This document shows positions 43,101 to 55,100 of a stretch of DNA of 64,000 nt, piece by piece. The stretch is from the NCBI GenBank assembly GCA_002633005.1, contig NMRA01000254.1, forward strand, positions 89,959 to 153,958, read 5' to 3'. Each line of letters starts with the position of its first letter. Positions within the stretch are counted from its first letter, which is position 1. The translations under genes were made by a program, and so were the position numbers. Under the pieces are notes generated by a model. The model did no database searches, was not told the DNA's origin, and saw nothing but the letters and a program-made list of their open reading frames with translations. This DNA comes from Phoronis australis (taxonomy: Eukaryota; Animalia; Phoronida).

Positions 43101-46100
43101 GCCAATCATCCCCACTTTTATGAAATATGCAGCTTGTGCCGTTCTTATGCTGTCGTGACAAATATAATTATGTATATTTATTAGCGACAAAGTCTGGAAA
43201 ACGATTCGGCTTACCTATTTACAGTGGTGCTGTGAAGTTATGAATCATCGTCAAACTTATATTTGCACTTTTATTTTTCACATTTTTCTCTGGGTCTGAT
43301 TGTCGGCTGTCGTTTGGATCTGCATTCAACTCTTTGGTTGATGGTAGGCATGATTTTTTATCTAAAAAACTTCTTTTACCGTGGAATCCGTGGCAACATT
43401 TCCTTTAACTCTTCATTTTGCTGTTTATATATTTTGCAAAAATCATGAAAATGAGTTGTTTTTTGGTGTTGTTGCTATACAAAACAATTATTTCGCTTTT
43501 TCATTCTATGATTCACATATTGCTATGATTCACATATTGCTATGGTTCACATATTGCTATGATTCACATATTGCTTCTCTTGAAGTTGTGAAGACCATTA
43601 TGAAACTGATGCGTTAATTGGAAATGAAACTCTTATTGAAGCTCACTGAAAACTTTTCCCGGCATTGCAGAGCCACCTGTCTCCTTGTACTGGGGATTTA
43701 TACCTGACCAATTTCCCCCCGAAAATTGCCGCCGTTGCCCTCTTACAGGCTATGTGATTGAAAACCAAGAACCCTTCTTTGAATAGACATGGCGGAGTCA
43801 AACTTAAGTTGTCTAACTCATAGTCCTGGGCACTGGAGTTGTCTCAGAACTTCAGCAGAACTAGTGCAATTTTTGTACGAACCAGTCAGTCGTCCATCCG
43901 TTGTAGAAGGAGCTGGGTGGCTACTCGAATAATGTCTGTCACCTGCTCTGTGACGTGTTACCTGAGTAGTGTACACCTTGCCACATGCTTCCACGGTTGG
44001 TACAATGTCTTTCAAGCACGGATGATGTTGTACTGGCTTTTTGTGAATTAGATTTAATTGTCTGCTAATCCGTTTATTCCAACTTTAAGCTAATTAATTA
44101 ATTAATATTGTGAAATTAATTAATCAATAATACTAAGTTAGTTTTAGTTAACATTAAAACCCTTTTCAGTTAGATTTAGCGAATGCAGTATTCTTTTCTA
44201 TCAGTTCCTGCGTACTAATTTTGTCATGTTGACATATTTTTGTTTTAACGTTTTAATTGTGTGTTTATATTCCATGCAAATGTTGGCATATTTGAGTGAT
44301 ATTAGTTTTAGCTAAGCAGTTTGGCTTGTATCTCTCAGGCATGCGCTTTCTGATACTGTTCCTTTCTCTTCGTAACAATACTGATGTGGCATCCGAGTAT
44401 GGCAACCATTTTGTCCTGTCAAATATCATTTTTGACCTTTGAACTGTAGCATCGCCTCTGATGTATTTGAATACACAAGTGGAAGTTCTAGATGAATTGA
44501 AACAAATTGATAGACAAAATAATGAAAATTTAATGAAATTTGTCCCATGATCAGCCACAAAATGGGGTGTCGTCTGCCACGCTTTTTTTCTCTTGGCAAC
44601 AATCAGTCCACCATCTCCACTAAAACACACGTCTGTCTTCATAGAACTTTGAACATCAGCTCAGTTCCAAACACCCTAAGTATTACTCGACCTCTCGGCT
44701 GGGACGTAACCTCAAAGACCGATGTACGAAAACGGACCCCGAGAAGGAGATCCTTCAGTCCATGTTGGATGAACTCAAGAATAAGTGGTGTGTTGTGCGG
44801 TCGCTTGTCTCCCAAAAGTAAGTTATCTGTCCGACCACAATTGCTTCAGTTGTCACAACTGTAGTGTACTTAATTCTGGTTTACATTACGTTTTCAATTT
44901 AGAAGAAGTACACAACATGTCATGTAGTGCATTTCTTGTCATGAGAATAGCGTTTACAGACCTTGCTATACCAAGGCTAGACTAGGCTTGGCGAGGTGCT
45001 TTACCCAGGCCGAGCAGCAAGTGAAGCCCATTCACAAAGACATGCCGGAGTTAATTGAACATGTAAATTTTTGTTAGAAAGTACTTGGCCTGCAATTATT
45101 TCTACCAGGTTAGGTTTGTTGCATTGGAAACGCAAAGGATTGGTAATGCTATGTCTGCAGATGATTGGGGTGAATGGGGTGTAATTTGTAGACGCAACTT
45201 ATAAGTCATTTCGCAATTTGGTTTTCTGTTCAACTGCAAATATATGAAATCTTGATGACTTTGTAACAATCGATAGTTTCCTTGATATATCCTCCGCACT
45301 CTTGTTAAGGCTTCATGTCACCTTGTTTAGCTGGCTAATACCAAAAATCAAGTTTAGCCTTTTATTCTAAAATCGGTTTCTTAATATTCTTTACCATGAC
45401 AGATTATAACTCCGTTACCAATAGCAACATTTTAACCATCAGCTGCTCAAGAAAATGCTTCCGAGTTTACAGGGGAGAAAACCCTTCAGAGTTTATAGGG
45501 GTTTGGCAACCCTAAAATTACAAATTTGAAAATGGTGCATGTATGCATTGCCTATGACTTGAATTGATATTAACGGATTAGAATCCTATCATAGGAAGGA
45601 GTATTACGAAAAAGGGTTTATGAGAGGGAAAGGCCTATTGATTTTTGTTTCTAAGTCATGCAGCTTTCAAACAATGGATTATGACAAAATGAAATTCACA
45701 AGACTTAGGGCTCGGGCTAGAGTTGACTGTGAGCCAGTGTCTACCCATTAATAATTGAGATGTCATAAACCATGAATTAAAGAGTATATTAAACCTAAAA
45801 AGAGCAACTGAGGGTTTACATCTCAACACACACTCTTGGTGCCATCTATTGGGTAACCATAAGTATTTGCACTTTGCAGACAGAACAAGTTGGAAGAATC
45901 CCTGTTGATGTCCGGTCGTTTCTCTGATGCCCTCCAGTCATTCCTCGAGTGGCTGGAGAAGGCAGAAGAGGCCCTGTCCGAGGATCAGCCCATCTTGGGA
46001 GACCTTGACACCGTGCTCATGTTGATTGAGCAGAACAAACAGTTTGAGCAAGAACTCGGCAACCGCGAGTCGATGGTGGCGACAATGAAGGCTTCAGCGG

Positions 46101-49100
46101 ACAACAACGATCCCAAGATGGTGGCACAGCTGGGCCAGCTTACAGACCGCTGGGAGAATGTTAAGAGACTTAGTTGTGTCCGTGCAAATCGTCTACAAGA
46201 GGCACTGAAACTGGTATGTAATGTGTCGTAGATCATGTTAGTAATATTTAGTTTATTAAAATGTTATTGATTTATAATATCGTTTTGAGCATGTGATTGT
46301 CTCTCTACTGTTAGACTAATGGGAAACTAATGGAAACTAATGTGTCATCAAATACTTGAAAGCTGAGGTTATACGGCGTAGAAAAATACTTTAAATTGAT
46401 AGATATTATTTGGTGAATTTCTTAGTCAGCAAGGGACACTACTATGATAAAAGACTGATAATTTGCCGGGTTTTGAAATAAGGCAACAAACCTGTGCAAC
46501 ACAAGACATTGGTTGAGTGTACAATGAGCCGTGAAGGAAAAGAACAGTCAGGCAGCGAGTGTGAATTGAATATATCACTTTGCAGACTTGCAGATTGTAT
46601 TGTCAATTGCGATGTGAATGTAGACCTAGCAGTTTATTTATTCATTTTGTCAAACCATGTTTGTTATGCTCCGTTTTACAGGGTGAACAGTTCCAAGATG
46701 TGGTGAATACGATGAGAGACTGGCTGCCCCAAGCTGAGGCAGAGCTCAAGTTCAGACCGCTACCAGACGATGAGCTGGCCATTGTTCAGTTGATTGAGAG
46801 GCATGAGGTGAACATTGACCTGAGCTCATATTGTTCCTTCTTGGACATATTAAACCGCGTACCTGGCAGTGTGTTTGATAAAATTCATTAGTACACATGC
46901 AGTAATGTCCGGTTCATGTCACCAACGGAGAAGCTGTGATGAATGCCGTTAGAATGAAATTTGAAATATCAGGAGTCGAGTACAAGAGATTGTGAGCATT
47001 TGAAGCCGATTGTGGTGAAAATGCAAAAGTGTGTGAGCCTATAGGCAAATGTGGGAGACAACATTGACAATTACGATATTTTTTTTTAACTTCAAGCTGC
47101 CATTGTAAGATGGCAATTTCTTGATTTGGTTGCTTTCAGGTGTTTTGACATCGGTCCATCATTCTTTGTCCGTGGTACTCCCTTGCACTTTGAGCTTTAT
47201 TACATTGTATCTGATCAGTTTGAAGTTACGTACTCCAGTCTGTTATCTAAAATTCTGTTTCCGTTTCTTAGAAATTTGAGGATCACATGAATTCTCTGAA
47301 GCCGTGCATGGACAAGATACGGGAGTTGGGTGAAGAGATCCTTCAGAGCTGTCATCCCAACGCGCTTAGATTCGTCAAGTATTACCTTACCATAACCCAA
47401 ACCAGGTGGGATCAGGTGAGTAATTACCACAGGTGTGATGAGTATCCAGGGATCTGTGTAGGTGCATGAGCACCTGTGTGTTGATTGTAGTGGATGCTTT
47501 TGGTCACTCTTCAAAATTGAAGACTGAGTAGGAACTTACTGAGTGTGTGATAAGTTGTCTCGTTGAATGTGCTTTTATTACAAACGTGTTGGGCTTATTT
47601 CATTTTTCTGTCTTGCAATTTACGTCAGTCTATCTGTGACTCCTTTTTATTCTGAGATTACTAATGGCAGAACCTTACTTAGCTAGTAGTTTCCTGCAAA
47701 GCACCGGCAGATCTGAAGAACCGTACTTAATACAAGTTGTATTTTACTATTGACTACTCTTCCCTAATAATCCTTCACATTGCATGCAAAGCTTTCAACA
47801 AATGATGAGTTGCTGAAGACTCTGTGTAGCTATAAGCTTTTTGGAGGTCATGGCTGTAAACTTGGTAGCCATTGTTTTATTGGTGGTGCTACTTATAGTA
47901 CAAGGCACAAGTAATGAGATAAAGCACAGTATGGGGGTGTGAATGTCTGACGGGCAAAATCCTGACTAATACTCTGCCATGCCCCCCCNTCAAAATCTTG
48001 GATTCACCCCTGGGAAGACCACTGTAACGATGAATTTGGCTTCTGTCCAGCTGTTATGGTGCTGGATTTCAGTGTGCACTACGTACAATCGTATACCTAT
48101 AGTTTGATTGGTTGAATGTTGTTCTCTGTGTAGGCACTGAACCGTTCTAAGAAGCGTAGTAAGCGACTACAGGATGCACTGAAGGGTGTCCGTGGCAACG
48201 CGGCTCTGCTGGAAGAGCTGCTGGCCTGGCTGTCTGAGGCACAGGCCCTCCTCACCCAGAAGGAGCGTGACCCCATCCCGGAGGACCTGGCTGTGGTCGA
48301 GGCACTCATGAAGGAACACGCTGTAGGCTCTCCTGTTTTGTTTCATGTTAATGATAGATGAATAGTTGAAGAGAATATAAATCATTAGATTAATAGGTAC
48401 CCGGATAGAAAATTATATCCATACTCTCATGAAAATACTGCACATCTCTGCAGTGAGGAGCAGTTCAAAGTTCAATAAAATGTTATTAGTATAGAAAGAG
48501 GCACATGCCTATGCTTTAGTGTCGATTTGGGATTCAGTCGAGCCACAATGAGTCCTTCACAGATTTGAGAGGGTGCCCAGAATGGGATTGAAGTTTGATT
48601 ATGGATATCTAAGTTGTAGTTTGCCTCGGTTGTGAAGAAAAAGTGAAGGCGTAGATAGTTGACATGTTGTCAGAATATATCAATCAAGATGAATGACAGT
48701 GAAAATTACCAAGTAGAGTTAATCACAAGTTCCCGCCCAATTAGGATGGCGCATAGTAGGTATACTAGCATTCAAGTCATGCTCTTGAATTTTCATAATA
48801 GTGCATCATTTGTTCCTTATGTCAGTGTGTCGGATATAGAACATCTTAATTATCTGGCTTGTTATGTTTTGTTTAGGACCTGCATGATGATCTGACCAAT
48901 AAGAATCAAGATCTGGAAGAGCTTACAAGGTCGCCATCTATTAGAGAACAACAGAAACGCTATGGTAGTCCCAAGTCCAGGTAAGACAATACTACACATT
49001 TATGAGATGCTTTGCACTAGCTATGTTGGGCAGCACAATCCATTAAACTATTATCTATTAGCATTGGGTCCAGTGCCGTGTTAATTTGGTGAATAATGTG

Positions 49101-52100
49101 TGTAATGTAAATGAGGGTGCTCTGGGGGTATATCATGAGCTCTTGGTATTGTACAGGTAACCTTCATTCATTAACAGAACTGTGGTCAAGAAGGTTTTAT
49201 TCACCAAACTAACATGACTCTGTAGGAGGGGTTTGCAGGAGGAGGCAATACCTATACTACTGACAAATCACGCTAATTTAACTGCTTGCCTGCTGTAGCC
49301 AGCAGCAGTCTATTTGTCTTGTTAGTATAATTTTGAGTTTTGTTGGATATAAATAGAGGCACATTGGGGTTTAGTAAAGCAGGCTAGAAATGTCAAAGAA
49401 TCTGTATTACACCCACAGAAGTGTTAAATAGTAGAAAACTTGAACAATTCTCATTGCAGCTTTTTCTGCCCAAGTATTTGGTGAGCTGATTGCTAAAATG
49501 TTCTTGTTGCGTTCGGTATCGGGCTATTGCCGTAAATTCTGAGAGCATTCACCATAGAATGAATCGACCATTGCTACTGTTGCTGCTCTCGTTAACACTA
49601 CACTGCGTAGTTTGCTCTTTATGCTGGCTTCCTGCCTTGTGTGAATTGGTTCGGGCTCTTTCATCTGCATGTGCTAGAAGATAACGAATTAAAACTAAAA
49701 ATAATTTATGACAGTGTGAGCTCCGACTAAAGCTTCCAACTAGGACTATACGGATTATACAAATAACAAAAATTAAAATTGGATTACCGACTACTATTTG
49801 GTTAGAGTGACATTTTTAGTGTCTTGCACAGCTAAGTAAACATGTTGCAATATTGAATTTAGTCTCCTTGTTTTAAATTGTACAATCGTGCCAGTTTTTA
49901 CTCTTGAAGTCTGTTGAGAAATTTCATTTACATTTTGCAATTTAACAGTTACAGTTGTTAGTTTCTAGTGCTCTAAAAGTTTTTACAACTGGCTACAGAA
50001 ATTCTTTAATTTGTTGCCAAATGGCAATCAGACTTGTGGTTCTTGTGAGTAAACTCGGTGTCAGTCATGTTTGATACGTGGAATTTAATCCTCAAACATT
50101 TTCGATTTTATAAATGAACAACTGCTACATATTTCATAGTAAATCTTGGTGGCTAGTAACAACGAATTCCTCACCCTTTTCAATGACTAATATGTTCTAA
50201 GGGTCCATTGTAATTTGAATGTGTTACCATTTTTGAGTACTAGTTTTGTTTTAATTAACAATAGAATAGTTTTGATTGGGGATTAGAATTTGCCTTGTCA
50301 TAACCAGCTTTCCATGGACTTGATTTGCTTTGTTTACATTCACAGCATGGAAGACTAACGGTAGAACAAACCATGCTTGTTGGTTAATGGTGAATGAAAT
50401 GCGTTCAAGCCGTGTCACTCACTCATGCCTTGGTCACGTAAAGCTTGCGATATCTACCTGATGACTTTTAGGCTGGTGATTATCGTGAGATTATCAGGAG
50501 CGTCGGCTAGACGTTAGGGTAAAAAAAAAACAGTTACAGTTTGTGATCCGATAAAAATCGTTCGATTGTGCCAGGGTATTAAAATAGAACTGCATACAAC
50601 GGGATTGGTTGAGCATTGCCTTACATATATGTGACCAAGGCATTTATTAGTCATGCTTTCTTATCATTTATAACAGCTTTCGATTGTTTGAGTTGACTTT
50701 AACATTTCAGTGGACTTTGTTGGCCTGACCTACTGTGAGTAAACGCTCCGTCGTGCAGTGGAACTTGTTCTGTTTATTATTTCCATGGCAACTAGTGACT
50801 TTCAACCCCTCCCGACCTCATAGCTGTAGTCGAAATCGAATGGTTAGATGTCTTGAGCCACTAGATATAGATAGCACTCAAAATGTTGTAAATCTGCATC
50901 AAAACAGATTTCAAGTGCACAGGGTTAATAATTATTGGGTGCGCAAGGTATCAGTTCCATGAACCTCATGTTCCTACAGGGTCTGTGTCATGTATAACAA
51001 AACTTTAAACTTCCAAAAGGAGAGAAATAATGTCTTAAAATGAATTGTTGTTTGTCCTTGAGTGGCACTTTACTTTTCCCACTGTTATAGGTCCAATATC
51101 TTGTTGCTGACCTGTCAAGTCCATAACTTTGGTCAAAGCCACACACAGAGCCTTTAAAAAAACCCTCAAGTATTATGGAGACCAAAGTAGCTACAGGTTG
51201 ATTGGTTGGGTTATTCCAATGTGAAGTTGGTGTTAAACTTTTTTCATGTTTGCTCAGGTCTGTAGGTGGCTTTAATGATGTTTATTATTTGAGTGTTGTA
51301 CCACGTACTGTGTGTCAGTTTTTGCATGCATGGGTTCAATTGGAGTTATCAAGTGACTGCATGCTGTATTAATTACAGATGACATTGTGGTGTAAAGAAT
51401 ACATTGCAGCGAAGGGATCGTAAACTTTTGATCACAACTTTGCCGCACTTTTTCAGCTACGCTCGTGACGCTGACAACCCTCGTTTGAACACGCTGCAGA
51501 CAAGATGGCGGAACGTTTGGCGGATGTCTGTAGAACGGAAGAAGAAGTTGCAAGATCTCCTAGACCACCTGATGGAGTTGGAAAGCTTCAAGAACTTCGA
51601 TTTCGACTTGTGGCGCCAACGCTATATGAACTGGATCAAGGCGAAGAAACTGAGGATTACAGACTTCTTCCGCAGGCAGGACAAAGAAGGTCGCGGGATA
51701 TTGACCCGCGAACAGTTTGTCGACGGGATGCTCAGCTGCGGTGTGTATATACCAACTGTTGTTGCCTGGGACGGGAGATTGATAGAGATGTCGGTCATTG
51801 GTTGTACTGAGTGTGGGCAGTAATTGGTAGTGCCGAAATAGACACTAATGTCTTGTGATAACAATTAAATCGGTATGATGGATTGCGCAAAAGCATGGCT
51901 CGTTGCAATTTAAAAATATTTCAATTTTGTTCCTGGTATAAAAACACCTTGGTAATAAAACATACTTACTACAAGTTACTTTTGAAAAATATGCCTGTTT
52001 TGCACCACTGCAATGGCTTTGTCACTGGTCAGAAATGATCCCAGCAAGTTTCAGTATACTTTGGAATTAAAGATGACTCGGTGTGCTTTCAAACTTAATG

Positions 52101-55100
52101 GCATTGATCAGTTGGTATCTGTCTTTCAAAACTTGAAAAAGAATGAATTGGCTGTCGCGGGGCTGAACAATGTCAGTCAGTGCTTTTGCTGGCTGAGGTA
52201 AAATGCTGGAGATTTTTAATTTGAGCCTTGTGTGTTTAAAAACCATTAATATTTGTCTTTTTAATTTTTGCAGGTTTTCCTACAAACAGAACAGAACTCA
52301 ATGCAGTTTTCGACATATTTGACAGAGATCAAAGTGGTGAAATCGACTATAGGGAATTTGTTGAAGCTTTGAGACCGGTAAGTTCAGTCAAAGCTATTTG
52401 GCTCTGTTTCAAAGCTTGGTTTCACATCAAAACTCCTGATTCCAAGTTTTTGTTAGAGATATTGCATTTAAATTTGAATCAAATTTCTTATTGTCTTTGT
52501 TGCTTAATTTGCATATTACTGTCACAATTTTGCTGAACAGTAAATGTTGTCTTCTACCAAATTCCATTTGTGTCATGTCCGCGTTGAGTTAATTTCCCCT
52601 GGCTATTGACCACATTTCCTAGGTCGTGTTTAAGGTATGGAATTTTAATGTGCTTCAGTTACTTGGAATGGCCCACCTTTCTTTCCAGCGAACAGCAAAG
52701 AAACCCAAGCGCCCCCTTACAGACAGTGAACAGATTCACGATGAAATTGAGCGCCAAGTGTCGCAGTGTACGTGCCGCAGTCAGTTCAAGGCTTCCAAAG
52801 TTGGCGAGGGAAAATACAGGGTGAGTCTAAAGTCTTTACTTATTTAGCATACTATATGGCTGACGCACCTGAAATTCTATTTTGTTAAATTTCTTGACAA
52901 AAGTAAAGATTAAGAACATTTTAGTTTGTTATAAACATGGATTGCACTATGTCATAAAACAGCATTTCCTGAAATTCCTGTTATTTGCAAAAAAATAATC
53001 AGACTGGAAAAATGACAATTTTGACAATTATTTTTGTGTGAAGGAAATAAAGAATTACTGTACATGGCCTGTATCAACCTGAATACACTGAGCCGTTGCG
53101 CAGAAGAAACTTCTGAAATGATCGCTTAAAGTAGGACCATTTCATTTCAGGCGGCATTTTTAAAAATCTAATGTTTTGTATATTGCTGTAGTGATAACCG
53201 CCAGATATGTATTTGCTGTAGTGATAATATGCCGGATATGTATGTTGACTTGAAAGTGTTAGAATACCGTACAACAGGCTGATCCCTGTTTGTCATCATG
53301 TCCATCCCAGAAAGAAACAGATGGATTGAGAACCAATCAGATGCAAGTTAGCAGGTATTTTCGAAAGTTTCGCATTGCTTTCCGCAAAATTGACTTACTC
53401 TATCAAGTGTCACAGAGGCTTAAAAAACGTACTGTTAGTGATGCAGTGTGGTTCATTGTATTGTGAATGCTTGAAGTTTTTGAGTCATGATCATCCTGAA
53501 GTAAGCGTATGACGTTGTTCATAATTCATTCCACAGTCATGATCGTCCTGAAATAAGCGTGTGACGTTGTTCATAATACATTCCAGTTTGGTGACAGTCA
53601 GAAGCTGGTGTTAGTGCGTTTCCTCAACAGCTGTGTGATGGTGCGTGTTGGTGGTGGCTGGGTGACACTACAGAAGTTCCTTGAGTCTCATGATCCGTGC
53701 CAGGGTAGGTTAAGCTTTGATTCCGTAGTAGCAGTGTGTTGTTTTACCTGTATGTGCAGGCTGTGTTTGCCTGTTTTGATATCCTTTGTTTTGTTTTATT
53801 TCTTTTGGAAACGCTGCATTGACTGTATGGTCACAACATCTATTATGAAATTTGTTATTGCATCTTCTGTACGCCCAGATGTAAGGCTTTCTTACTGGCA
53901 CTTCCCGGGTCTTATCCCCTATTATAGTACATTGTGTGTTTTGTAATAAACATTAAAAAAGCTTGTGTATCTGTTAAATAAACAGCCAATTTTTAGTTCT
54001 ATCCATTGCTTGCTAAATAATAATATACATAAATCTCTAAATAACGCTTTCTCTATGTAGCCAAAGGAAGGACTAACACAGAACTGCGGGAGAAATTCAT
54101 CTTGCCACAAGGGGCCGCTCAAAGCAGGGCCTCCTTCTCGCGCCGTAAGCCCAGCGCGGACGCAATGTCCACCAGAAGTAGCAGCAAAGCGTCCGATGCT
54201 GGCTATAGCTCCATGCACAGCGGGGCGTCGGTCAACGGTAAGTGAGTGGTACGCTAACCAATGAAACCATCTAGGTGCTTAGAGTTTTCGCTGGTTTGCT
54301 GAATTTGTTAGCAAAACCAACAAGAATTTTAAGTTTAGTGTTTCTGAATGCGTCGTATCGCCACTGGGAATGTAATGTAGTGCTTCTTATCAGGACTAAT
54401 GAACACTCAAATACTCCCTACAAGGGGTTCGTATCATGACCTATTCACCAAGGCCGTAACGACATGCAGACAAACAAGTTGCGGTGCATTGTAAGTCCCG
54501 TTTTAATACTGTATAATTATTAAACATTCTTAAAGCTCCAACAAAACAAAATTGTTCAAGTTATCAATTTCTATTTTTTGGAGGCCTATTACATTGCTCC
54601 AAATGCACAACAATTTACCAAATGTTGGTGTGTGGTAGCTGTGCTGCACAAGCAAGGTGACATTTCTTTAAAATCATAAAATATGTTGTGAAATTTAACA
54701 AAATGAATTTTCACTCGTCTGCCATATTGCATAGCAAACTGAATAATGTTTACACCATCATCTGCTAGGTGGCAGTGTTGGTTTGTGATGGCCATGTGGC
54801 TGTCATTGAAACATTGAGCTTTAACTGTCTCATTTTAACTGCAAATATGTCAACTTTTTCTGATTGTTGTACGGAGATGTTTCCTGTAAATATTTCACAA
54901 ACATTTCTTTTCTCAGCTGTTCACCATTTCACTTTGCATTACTTTTTCGTTCAAAAAGGAACATTAGAGCGTACTTGACTAAGGTTGCCACGGTAACTAA
55001 ACTACAAAACATTCTTCAGGATATTAACACATTTCTGAATAAGTTTGAAAGTGAGACAAGAAAATGGGTAGTTTTGGGTTAATTTTCAGCTTGGAATCAA

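Noticed and set aside
49675-49720. Cassette exon after TGCATG
   Set aside because: Immediate stop in the required phase 2 with either AG.
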